64,000 nucleotides of DNA. Source: an uncultured Leptolinea sp. (GTDB taxonomy: Bacteria > Chloroflexota > Anaerolineae > Anaerolineales > Anaerolineaceae). A program made the translations under genes and the position numbers. The notes under the pieces were generated by a model that ran no database searches, had not been told where the DNA came from, and worked only from the letters and a program-made list of their open reading frames with translations. Below, in pieces: positions 1 through 8,579 of the stretch (position 1 is its first letter; each line of letters starts with the position of its first letter). Location of the stretch: positions 16,323-80,322 of the forward strand of contig CAYQUX010000019.1 of assembly GCA_964420995.1 (NCBI GenBank), in the 5' to 3' direction.

Positions 1-5
1 ACGAT

Positions 6-23
6 AACGTTATCGATAACGTT
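6..23. promoter_or_regulatory. 18-bp perfect palindrome AACGTTATCGATAACGTT about 95 bp upstream of araA; candidate operator
   Basis: Sequence read directly: AACGTTATC/GATAACGTT is self-complementary. The 10-mer cgataacgtt also occurs twice in direct orientation (2-11 and 14-23). It lies upstream of the araA start at 118, which has an AAGGA RBS. Confidence 0.4.
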
Positions 24-117
24 TTTGGAATGCTCTTTTCCATACTTCCTTATTAAGTTCTAATTTTAAAAATTGTATTGCTGGTCAATTCCTTGCGCCC
101 GTTCGAAAGGATTTCTG

Positions 118-1623
118 ATGAATTCATTGAAAAATTACGAGATTTGGTTTGTAACAGGCAGTCAGCATTTATATGGGCCGAAAACTCTCGAACAGGTTGC
201 AGATGATTCCCACAAAATTGCGGAACACTTAAATTCAAGCAGCAGTATCCCGGTGAAGGTGGTTTTCAAACCTGTTGTCAAAACGCCGTCCGAAATCCTG
301 GCTGTTTGCAAAGAAGCAAACAACAACAGCGCCTGTATCGGTCTGGTTTGTTGGATGCATACCTTTTCACCAGCAAAGATGTGGATTGCCGGACTTTCTT
401 CGTTAACCAAACCCTGGTGCCATCTTCATACCCAGTTTGGACGGGAAATTCCCTGGTCAGAGATCGATATGGATTTCATGAATCTCAACCAGTCGGCGCA
501 CGGCGACCGCGAATTTGGTTTCATTGGAACCCGAATGCGCCTGAACCGCAAAGTGATCGTTGGGCACTGGCAGGATAAAGATGTTGAACTCAAGCTGGGT
601 AGTTGGGCGCGTTCAGCCGCTGCCTGGGCGGATTCACAGGAAATGAAAGTCGCCCGGTTTGGCGATAATATGCGCGAAGTCGCCGTCACGGAAGGTAACA
701 AAGTTGGCGCGCAGATCCAACTGGGTTATTCCGTATATGGTTACGGCGTGGGTGACCTTGTAAAATTTGTCGACTCAATAACAGAAGATGATGTCGATAA
801 ACTGGTAGCTCGATATACCGAAGAATACCAGGTGTCAAAAGAGATTCTGCAAACAAAGATATTTACGTCATTACGCGAAGCGGCGCGGCTTGAATTGGGT
901 ATGCGCGCTTTCCTTGAAGAAGGAAATTTTAAAGCGTTTACGACAACATTCGAAGACCTGAATGGGATGAATCAGCTCCCGGGGCTGGCCTGCCAGCGCT
1001 TGATGAATGACGGATACGGGTTCGGCGCAGAAGGGGACTGGAAGACGGCCGCCCTGGTTCGTTCCATGAAAGTGATGGGGGCAGGGTTGCCGGGTGGCAC
1101 ATCCTTTATGGAAGATTACACCTATCACCTTCCGGAAAAGGGAACGGACTGTGTTCTTGGTGCCCACATGCTGGAAGTATGCCCTTCCATTGCCAGCGAT
1201 AAACCTTCGTTGCAGGTGTTCCCGCTTTCCATTGGCGGTAAATCTGATCCGGCCCGCCTGCTTTTCAGCACAAAAACCGGCCCGGCTTTGAATGCCAGCC
1301 TGATTGATATGGGCAATCGATTCCGACTGATCGTCAACGAAGTCGATGTTGTGCCGATTGAGAAACCCATGCCCAATTTGCCGGTTGCCCAGGCACTCTA
1401 GGTTCCCAAGCCCAATTTAAAAGTTGCTGCGGCTGCCTGGATTTACGCGGGCGGCGCGCATCACACCGGCTTCAGCCATGTGGTTACCACCGAGATGCTG
1501 CAGGACTTTGCCGAAATGGCCGATATTGAGTGCCTGCTGATCAATGAAAGCACAAACTTGAATGAGTTCAAAAAAGAACTGCGCTTCAACCATCTGTATT
1601 ACTCTCTCGCGAGAGGGCTATAA
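118..1623 (+). pseudogene. araA: L-arabinose isomerase (AraA) interrupted by an in-frame TAG at 1399-1401; otherwise intact, about 502 codons
   Basis: The N-terminus [12 protein letters not shown] is an AraA hallmark. Downstream of the TAG the same frame continues with [15 protein letters not shown]...[12 protein letters not shown], which is the AraA C-terminus. The TAG aligns with a conserved Trp (TGG) of E. coli AraA (ARALWKAQP versus AQAL*VPKP). The ORF track stops at 1401. Confidence 0.8.
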
Positions 1624-1695
1624 TTCCCCGAAGGATTTCTGGCTACGGACGGCCAGTTTCCAAAACGCAGTATAAATCAAAAAGGAGAAAGAGTA

Positions 1696-2787
1696 ATGAA
1701 GAACAAATCAATGCTTTTCATCACCGTATTGATGCTGGTTTCTGTGTTGTTCACCAGCGCTGCCAACTTTGCCCCCGCCCCCGCGGCCGTTGACACCAAG
1801 GGCATGTTGGTTGGTATCTCCATGCCCACCAAGTCATCCGAGCGCTGGATCTCTGATGGCGAGAGCATGAAGAAAGTCTTCGAGGAAATGGGTTACAAAG
1901 TCGACCTGCAGTTCGCTGAAGACGACATCCCCAATCAGATAGCCCAGATCGAAAGTATGGTTACCAAGGACGCCAAAGTCCTGATCATCGCCGCCATCGA
2001 CGGCAGCACCCTGTCTGACGTGCTGGCCAAAGCCAAGGAAAAAGGCGTTCTGGTCATGGCTTATGATCGCCTGATCACCAAGACCAAAGATGTCGACTAT
2101 TACTCCACCTTCGATAACTTCGGTGTCGGCGTTATCCAGGGTACCCAGATCATCGAAGGTCTTGGTTTGAAAGATGGCAAAGGCCCCTTCAATATCGAAC
2201 TGTTCGGCGGCTCCCCCGATGACACCAATGCCTTCTACTTCTATGATGGTGCCATGTCCGTACTGCAACCCTACATCGACAGCAAGAAACTGGTTGTTGT
2301 CTCCGGCCAGATGGGCATGGACAAAGTCTCCACCCTTCGCTGGGACGGCGCTGTTGCACAGGCCCGCATGGACAACCTGCTGAGCAAGAGCTATACCGAC
2401 AAACGTGTTGATGCCGTTCTGTCTCCGTACGATGGCCTCTCCCGCGGTATCATCTCCTCCCTCAAGGGTGTTGGATATGGAACCAAAGACCAGCCGTGGC
2501 CCGTGGTCACCGGTCAGGATGCTGAAGTTGCCTCCGTCAAAGCCATGATCGCCGGCGAACAGGCCTACACCGTCTTCAAAGATACCCGCGAACTGGCCAA
2601 ACAGACAGCCAAGATGGTTGATGCCGCTCTCAAGGGCGAAAAAGTAGAAATCAACGACACCAAGACCTACAACAACGAAGTCAAGATCGTTCCTTCCTAC
2701 CTGCTCACCCCCATCAGCATCGACATCAAGAACTACAAAGAAAAATTGGTTGACAGCGGTTACCTCAAAGCCGAAGACCTGAAGTAA
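1696..2787 (+). CDS. Periplasmic sugar-binding protein of a CUT2-type ABC transporter (PBP type I, ChvE/XylF-like), with signal peptide
   Basis: GGAG RBS and an N-terminal hydrophobic signal. Motifs across the protein are typical of the monosaccharide-binding PBP1 fold. It is followed by a double-NBD ATPase and a permease. Confidence 0.8.
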   Translation: MKNKSMLFITVLMLVSVLFTSAANFAPAPAAVDTKGMLVGISMPTKSSERWISDGESMKKVFEEMGYKVDLQFAEDDIPNQIAQIESMVTKDAKVLIIAAIDGSTLSDVLAKAKEKGVLVMAYDRLITKTKDVDYYSTFDNFGVGVIQGTQIIEGLGLKDGKGPFNIELFGGSPDDTNAFYFYDGAMSVLQPYIDSKKLVVVSGQMGMDKVSTLRWDGAVAQARMDNLLSKSYTDKRVDAVLSPYDGLSRGIISSLKGVGYGTKDQPWPVVTGQDAEVASVKAMIAGEQAYTVFKDTRELAKQTAKMVDAALKGEKVEINDTKTYNNEVKIVPSYLLTPISIDIKNYKEKLVDSGYLKAEDLK

Positions 2788-2802
2788 GATTTTCCTAATG
2801 AT

Positions 2803-2837
2803 GAGTGGAGGGAGACTCTCCCTCCACTCACTTTTTT
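2803..2837 (+). terminator. Rho-independent terminator after the binding-protein gene
   Basis: GAGTGGAGGGA-gact-TCCCTCCACTC stem-loop followed by a TTTTTT run. Confidence 0.6.
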
Positions 2838-2929
2838 CACGCGTAAATATGTTGTATAGTTGATAAAATGGCTCGACGGTCATTTTTATTTTTACAGAAA
2901 TCTTTACGAAAGATTCAAGGATGGGCTGC

Positions 2930-4471
2930 ATGTCTGATGTCATTTTGGAAATGCGTAATATCACAAAGACATACCCTGGCGTAAAGGCTCTGGATGATGT
3001 GAATTTCAGTGTCGAACGTGGCGAGATCCATGCCCTGGTTGGTGAAAATGGGGCCGGGAAATCAACGTTGATGAAAGTTTTGAGCGGTGTTATTCCTCAT
3101 GGCGAGTATACCGGCAATATTATCTTTGAAGGCAAAGAATGCCGTTTCAGCGATATCAAACATAGCGAAGATGTCGGTATTGTGATCATTCATCAGGAAC
3201 TGGCTCTTATTCCATTCTTATCCATTGCCGAGAATATTTTCCTGGGGAATGAATGTGAAAAAAACGGTGTAATAAACTGGCGTGAATCTTTTTTACGGAC
3301 CAGAGAACTATTAAAGAAAGTCGGGCTTAAGGAAACACCCGAAACACTCATTACAAATATTGGTGTTGGCAAGCAGCAACTGGTTGAAATTGCCAAAGCA
3401 CTCTCCAAAAAAGTTAAATTGCTAATTCTGGATGAGCCAACTGCCAGTCTCAATGAGAATGACAGTGAAGCTCTTCTTGACTTGCTTGTCGAATTGAAAA
3501 AACAGGGGATGACATCCATTTTGATCTCACATAAGATAGGTGAGGTTTCCAAGGTGGCCGATGTGATCACGATTTTGCGTGATGGCGCCACGATCGAGAC
3601 ACTGGATACCAGAAAAGACCAGGTTACGGAAGACCGAATTATTCGCGGCATGGTCGGACGCGATCTGACCCATCGCTTCCCACCGCGCACTCCGAAGATT
3701 GGCGACAAAATCTTTGAAATTACCGATTGGACTGTGTACCACCCCATTCATGATGACCGCAAGGTTGTGGATGGGGTTGATCTGGAGGTCCATAAGGGGG
3801 AAGTTATTGGTTTGTACGGATTGATGGGTTCCGGGCGCACAGAGCTTGCCATGAGCATCTTTGGTAAAGCCTACGGCCGACGCATAACCGGCAAGGCAAA
3901 AAAGAACGGCAAAGAGGTGGATCTTTCCAGCATCACCAAGGCAATCAAAAATGGGATTACGTACGCGACGGAAGACCGAAAAACATACGGCCTGGTTCTG
4001 ATCCAGGATATCAAGAACAACATTACTCTGGCCAACCTTGAAGATGTGTCTGATGGTCTGGTTGTCAACAAACGCCGCGAATTGAAGTCCACCATGGAAT
4101 ACCGGGGAAAGTTGAATATTAAGTGTTCCAGTATTCAACAGAAAACTCTGAACCTCTCCGGTGGGAACCAGCAGAAAGTCGTGTTGAGTAAATGGTTGTT
4201 TGCCAAACCCGAGATCTTATTCCTTGACGAGCCGACTCGCGGTATCGATGTTGGAGCGAAGTATGAGATCTACACCATCATTAACCAACTGGCCAGTGAA
4301 GGCAAAGCCATTATTCTGATCTCGTCCGAATTGCCGGAAATTCTTGGCGTTTGCGACCGGATCTACATTATGAATGAAGGCAAAATAGTTGGTGAAATGA
4401 AAGCCCAAGAGGCGACGCAGGAAAAAATCATGAAGTGCATCATGTCAGAACAAGAGGTGATGGTTAAATGA
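2930..4471 (+). CDS. Sugar ABC transporter ATP-binding protein with two fused NBDs (MglA/AraG/GguA-like)
   Basis: Two Walker A/ABC-signature sets are present (GENGAGKST ... LSGGNQQKV ... ILDEPT, and a second degenerate set). The ORF track starts at 2921, but the AGGA RBS spacing fits the ATG at 2930 better. Confidence 0.85.
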   Translation: MSDVILEMRNITKTYPGVKALDDVNFSVERGEIHALVGENGAGKSTLMKVLSGVIPHGEYTGNIIFEGKECRFSDIKHSEDVGIVIIHQELALIPFLSIAENIFLGNECEKNGVINWRESFLRTRELLKKVGLKETPETLITNIGVGKQQLVEIAKALSKKVKLLILDEPTASLNENDSEALLDLLVELKKQGMTSILISHKIGEVSKVADVITILRDGATIETLDTRKDQVTEDRIIRGMVGRDLTHRFPPRTPKIGDKIFEITDWTVYHPIHDDRKVVDGVDLEVHKGEVIGLYGLMGSGRTELAMSIFGKAYGRRITGKAKKNGKEVDLSSITKAIKNGITYATEDRKTYGLVLIQDIKNNITLANLEDVSDGLVVNKRRELKSTMEYRGKLNIKCSSIQQKTLNLSGGNQQKVVLSKWLFAKPEILFLDEPTRGIDVGAKYEIYTIINQLASEGKAIILISSELPEILGVCDRIYIMNEGKIVGEMKAQEATQEKIMKCIMSEQEVMVK

Positions 4472-5631
4472 ATACCTTAAAGGATATGTTCAAGAATAAT
4501 ATTCGCTCCTACGGCATGTTGATCGCCCTGGTCGTCATTATGGGCTTCTTCCAGGTGTTGACTGAAGGTACACTTTTCAGGCCGGTCAATCTGACCAACC
4601 TTTTGCTGCAAAACAGCTATATCATCATCATGGCCATCGGTATGTTGTTGATCATCATCACTGGCTGGATTGACCTGTCTGTTGGACGGGTGGCCGGTTT
4701 TGTTGGGGCTGTTGCCGCAATCTTGCTGGTTGATTTTGATTTGAACGTATACCTGACCATGTTGATCTGCCTGATCGTTGGCGCAATAATCGGTGCCATG
4801 CAGGGATACTGGGTTGCGTTCCAGAAGATTCCTCCATTTATCGTCACCCTGGCCGGTATGTTAATATTCCGTGGTTTAACCCTGGCACTGTTAAACGGTA
4901 AATCCGTTGGGCCATTCCCGACAGAATTCCAGCAACTGGCTTCCGGTTTTATTCCCGATGTGTTCAACATGGAAGGTTTTCACCTGACCAGTGTGGTGCT
5001 TGGCGCCATCGGTTCCGCCTTCTTGATCTGGTTGGACATCCGCAACCGCAAGAATAACCAGAAATATGAGTTTGAAGTTTCACCAATACCATTCTTCATT
5101 GCCAAGAATGTGGTGATTACTGCCGCCATTATGGGGCTTTGCTGGCTGATGGCATCATACAAAGGCCTGCCCAATGTGATGATGTTGATGCTCGTTTTGA
5201 TTGTCATCTACACATTTGTTACCGATCAGACCGTGCTCGGCCGGCGCATTTACGCCATGGGTGGCAATGAGAAAGCCGCCCGTCTTTCCGGCGTCAACAC
5301 CCCGCGGCTGCTTTTCGCCACCTTCGTGAATATGGGTGTTCTTTCCGCCATTGCCGGTATGGTGTACGCGGCCCGTTTGAATTCGGCCACTCCCAAAGCT
5401 GGTGACGGTATGGAGTTGGACGTGATCGCGGCGTGCTACATCGGCGGCGCTTCAGCCAGCGGTGGTATCGGTACGGTCGTGGGCGCCATCATCGGAGCGT
5501 TCATTATGGGCGTTTTGAACAATGGTATGTCCATTATGGGTGTCAATATTGACTGGCAGCAGGTGATCAAGGGTCTCGTGCTGCTGTTCGCTGTTTTCTT
5601 TGATGTGTACAACAAGAACAAAAGTGGATAA
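4468..5631 (+). CDS. Sugar ABC transporter permease (GguB/AraH-like, CUT2 family)
   Basis: Polytopic membrane protein. Its ATG overlaps the ATPase stop (ATGA, 4468-4471), which suggests translational coupling. Confidence 0.8.
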   Translation: MNTLKDMFKNNIRSYGMLIALVVIMGFFQVLTEGTLFRPVNLTNLLLQNSYIIIMAIGMLLIIITGWIDLSVGRVAGFVGAVAAILLVDFDLNVYLTMLICLIVGAIIGAMQGYWVAFQKIPPFIVTLAGMLIFRGLTLALLNGKSVGPFPTEFQQLASGFIPDVFNMEGFHLTSVVLGAIGSAFLIWLDIRNRKNNQKYEFEVSPIPFFIAKNVVITAAIMGLCWLMASYKGLPNVMMLMLVLIVIYTFVTDQTVLGRRIYAMGGNEKAARLSGVNTPRLLFATFVNMGVLSAIAGMVYAARLNSATPKAGDGMELDVIAACYIGGASASGGIGTVVGAIIGAFIMGVLNNGMSIMGVNIDWQQVIKGLVLLFAVFFDVYNKNKSG

Positions 5632-5649
5632 TAATCCACTCCTGTAATG

Positions 5650-5688
5650 AAAAAGAGCAGGTAGAGGTTTCTGCCTGCTCTTTCGTTT
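5650..5688. terminator. Bidirectional hairpin terminator between convergent genes
   Basis: AAAGAGCAGG...CCTGCTCTTT stem with T-rich flanks, between the end of the + strand gene (5631) and the end of the - strand gene (5711). Confidence 0.5.
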
Positions 5689-5710
5689 AACCAACTGCTT
5701 TATGGGTTTA

Positions 5711-6991
5711 TCAGGCTTCCACAGGAGCCTCGGCGAGACTGGCGCCCAAAACCTTCAAATCTGGATGGTAGGACAGGATCAGGCCGAACAACACGACGAT
5801 CCCGCCAGAGAGGGTGAACATCATGGTCAGGTCCCATTTGCTCAATACGCCCGCCAGAGCCTGCGAAATCGGCACCAGACCGGTACTGGAGAAAGTGATC
5901 AGGCTCATCATGCGGCCGAGCATTTCTCTGGGTGTTTTGATCTGCATCCAGGTGAACATGAGGATGGCTACATACCCATTGGCCAGCCCGAGGATCAACA
6001 GGGAAGCGAAATCAATCCAGGTTGACGGCACAAACCCGAGGGACACAACACCAAGTCCGAAGGCGACTACAAAGAAAACCAGGATCATTTTTATAACTCC
6101 CGCACCCGGGCGGGGAAATGCTCCGGCAGCCAGTATTCCAGCCAGGTTCCCACCGGCAAACGCCGAAAGCAGGAGGCCATAGGCTACCGCCCCTTCCGGC
6201 AGCCGTTGGCTGGATAGAACCGGGATACCAACAAGCAGGGGACCCATGAGAAAGAAGTTGACAGACATCAAGACGATGAACACCAACCGAAGGGAGCGGT
6301 CTGTTACCAGATATTTAATACCTGTAAGAATGGATGCCCAGACAGATTCTTGATTTGTCTGCACCGCGATTCCTTTCGTTGAATGGATCAAAGCCAGGGT
6401 AACCGATGAGACCATGAACGTCAGGGCGTCAATAAGGAAGGCAAGGAAGATACCTGTGTTGGATCCGGCATAGTGACCGATGAGAATACCGGCAATTGTC
6501 GGGCCGACAAATCCGGCCAACTGGGTGATGCCCATGATGATGGAGTTGCCCGCCTGAAGGTCATCCTCTTCGACGATCATGGGGACAATGCTATTCTCTG
6601 CCGGGATGGCGAAACCGGCGACAATTCCAAAGGCAAGGCTGATCACATAAATCATCCAGATCTGGGCCGTACCGGTGAACACCAGCAATGCCATTATGGC
6701 TGTCAGAAAAAAGCGGATGATGCTGGCGGTTAACATGACCAGGCGGGGTGAAAGGCGGTCGGTAATGGCGCCGCCAAGGAGCATAAAGACAGCCCTTGGA
6801 ATGCCTCCCAGTGCCAGCACCGTTCCAAGAGCCATGGGGTCATTGGTAAGCTGCAGGACGAGCCAGGGCATGGCAATGAGGGTAAATTGGTCTCCCAGAA
6901 GGGATGTGGTTGCACCGGCAAAAAGAAGCCGGAAGTCGCGAAGTCCCATTACCTTCGCCATGGGATTTTGTTGGGTGTTTGAGTCAGTCAT
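5711..6991 (-). CDS. MFS transporter (EntS/DHA3-like efflux family)
   Basis: 12-TM MFS signature with the start LRDFRLLFAGATTSLLGDQFTLIAMPWLVL. The start is trimmed to MTDSN relative to the track ORF (7081). Confidence 0.75.
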   Translation of the reverse strand: MTDSNTQQNPMAKVMGLRDFRLLFAGATTSLLGDQFTLIAMPWLVLQLTNDPMALGTVLALGGIPRAVFMLLGGAITDRLSPRLVMLTASIIRFFLTAIMALLVFTGTAQIWMIYVISLAFGIVAGFAIPAENSIVPMIVEEDDLQAGNSIIMGITQLAGFVGPTIAGILIGHYAGSNTGIFLAFLIDALTFMVSSVTLALIHSTKGIAVQTNQESVWASILTGIKYLVTDRSLRLVFIVLMSVNFFLMGPLLVGIPVLSSQRLPEGAVAYGLLLSAFAGGNLAGILAAGAFPRPGAGVIKMILVFFVVAFGLGVVSLGFVPSTWIDFASLLILGLANGYVAILMFTWMQIKTPREMLGRMMSLITFSSTGLVPISQALAGVLSKWDLTMMFTLSGGIVVLFGLILSYHPDLKVLGASLAEAPVEA

Positions 6992-7007
6992 TTGATCACC
7001 TTTTCGT

Positions 7008-7814
7008 TTACTTATCGAAGAATAACGATTTGTTACAAAGAACAATAATGACGGCGAAAATACAGAGGATACCTGTTTCAATACATTTTGTAACCTGGGT
7101 AATACTTAATGCCTCCTGAGACAAATTAATGAAGAAGTGGAGTATGACCGCGGCGGAAATACTTCCGCGGTTTGATTTGCATATCCAACTGATGATGAAA
7201 GCAAGAGGAATAATTGACAGAAGAAAATTCGCGGCGAACCACGGGCTTTCCAGTCCAATTACGTTCTGATAACTCCCTTGTATGTAGAACATTGGAATGT
7301 GCCAGCCGGACCATAGCAGGGCAAAAATGAATGTTGCCCAAAAATAATCATATCTGGAGTGAAGACTATCCATGGCGTAGCTTCGCCAACCCAGTTCTTC
7401 AAATGTTGCCGCCAGGATTAGCACCACAAGGGTCGGGACCATGCCAATGGTAAACGAGAACCCTTCAGCGAATTGCAATTGTGCCGGATTTCCACCGATA
7501 AGGATGGATATGAAAGCTGCAATTAAGATGGCCACGGGTGTGATCAATAATGAGGGCAGGAAAGTACGTGGGTTGATCAGTGTTAAGTTGAACAAACGAT
7601 CTTTAAACGTCTGCCAGAGGTCATTGGAGTGGGATGATCTGATCATGTAAAGAGCGACCAGAAATGGGGCAAAAAGACCTGGGAGCATGAAAAGCAGGAA
7701 GATTTCTTCACCCCCGGGCTGATAACTTATCACGGCAGCAATAGACCAGGAAATATACGTAAGTAAATAGGTGATAGTAAAGAACTTTTTTGGTTTAAAG
7801 AGCGTAGCTTCCAT
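7008..7814 (-). CDS. CPBP-family (CAAX/Abi) intramembrane metalloprotease
   Basis: The FEELGWRSYA and HxxxN motifs of the CPBP family sit within a multi-TM protein. Confidence 0.7.
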   Translation of the reverse strand: MEATLFKPKKFFTITYLLTYISWSIAAVISYQPGGEEIFLLFMLPGLFAPFLVALYMIRSSHSNDLWQTFKDRLFNLTLINPRTFLPSLLITPVAILIAAFISILIGGNPAQLQFAEGFSFTIGMVPTLVVLILAATFEELGWRSYAMDSLHSRYDYFWATFIFALLWSGWHIPMFYIQGSYQNVIGLESPWFAANFLLSIIPLAFIISWICKSNRGSISAAVILHFFINLSQEALSITQVTKCIETGILCIFAVIIVLCNKSLFFDK

Positions 7815-7823
7815 CTTGATAGA

Positions 7824-8447
7824 TCACTTTCCCTGTTGGATTAAAAATTGAAATGAACCGGGCGCCGCGTTAAGTACTGATTCGATCAAACCTGGGAGTG
7901 CCATGGCGCGGCGCATCAAGTCTTCCTGTGTCCACTGGTAAATTCCGGTATCCAGCAGGAATTGCGCGGTAGTGAGTATTAATTCGGCGGCCTCCAGGGG
8001 ATGTTCCACGTGGAAGAGACCTTCGTCGCACCCCTGTTGGATGACCTGAGCGTAGAAGGGGGCGGAGCATTTGACGGCGGCGGCCATCATGGCGGCATGC
8101 ATGCCAGCGTTGCGCGGGTTATGGAGCTGGTGCATGATCTCGGGGTTTTCGTCGGCGATATCTCCGGCTGCTATTAATTGCTGAAGGCGATCCAGCGCGC
8201 TTCCTTCGGCGGACTCAACCACTTTCTGAAGGCGCTCTGCCACCTCAAAGGACATCTGGTCGATCACCGCTTCAAGCAATTCCTCTTTTGATTTGAAATA
8301 GTAGTAGATGGTTCCTTTGGCGATGCCCAGTTCTTCCATTACGTCCTGCATGGTCGTCTTCTCGTATTCACGGGTCTGGAAAAGCCGGCGGGCGGTCTGA
8401 ATAATTTCAGTCCTACGGGTTTCTGGGTTTTTCACGGTTCTTGTCAT
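7824..8447 (-). CDS. TetR/AcrR family transcriptional regulator
   Basis: The N-terminal HTH TRTEIIQTARRLFQTREYEKTTMQDVMEELGIAKGTIYYYFKSKEELL is the TetR signature. The start is trimmed to MTRTV. Confidence 0.8.
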   Translation of the reverse strand: MTRTVKNPETRRTEIIQTARRLFQTREYEKTTMQDVMEELGIAKGTIYYYFKSKEELLEAVIDQMSFEVAERLQKVVESAEGSALDRLQQLIAAGDIADENPEIMHQLHNPRNAGMHAAMMAAAVKCSAPFYAQVIQQGCDEGLFHVEHPLEAAELILTTAQFLLDTGIYQWTQEDLMRRAMALPGLIESVLNAAPGSFQFLIQQGK

Positions 8448-8465
8448 ATACTTTCGCTTTCCATG

Positions 8466-8519
8466 TGACCGACGGTCGGTCAATTGATGATAGTATAGCA
8501 TATGACTGACCGTCAGTCA
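8466..8519. promoter_or_regulatory. Two perfect 17-bp palindromes upstream of tetR; candidate TetR operators
   Basis: Sequence read directly: TGACCGAC-G-GTCGGTCA (8466-8482) and TGACTGAC-C-GTCAGTCA (8503-8519). They lie in the 5' region of the minus-strand tetR–CPBP–MFS operon. Confidence 0.5.
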
Positions 8520-8521
8520 AT

Positions 8522-8560
8522 AGGCAAATAAAAACCTGGTTGGAATAACCAACCAGGTTT
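8522..8560 (-). terminator. Rho-independent terminator of the aldehyde oxidoreductase gene
   Basis: AAACCTGGTTGG-aataa-CCAACCAGGTTT stem. On the minus strand it is followed by TTATTTG. Confidence 0.5.
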
Positions 8561-8579
8561 CAAGATGGAATTTCCCTTT

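Noticed and set aside
118-1623. Treating araA as two separate genes (118..1401 and a downstream fragment)
   Set aside because: Homology to AraA continues in the same frame directly across the TAG with no gap. It is one gene with a single nonsense codon.
1834-2964. 376-aa ORF on the minus strand covering the binding-protein gene
   Set aside because: It is antisense to a gene with strong PBP1 homology, a signal peptide and an RBS. The antisense product is low-complexity (G/V/D-rich) and is a shadow ORF.
3527-4138. 203-aa minus-strand ORF inside the ABC ATPase gene
   Set aside because: Shadow ORF antisense to a clearly conserved double-NBD ATPase.
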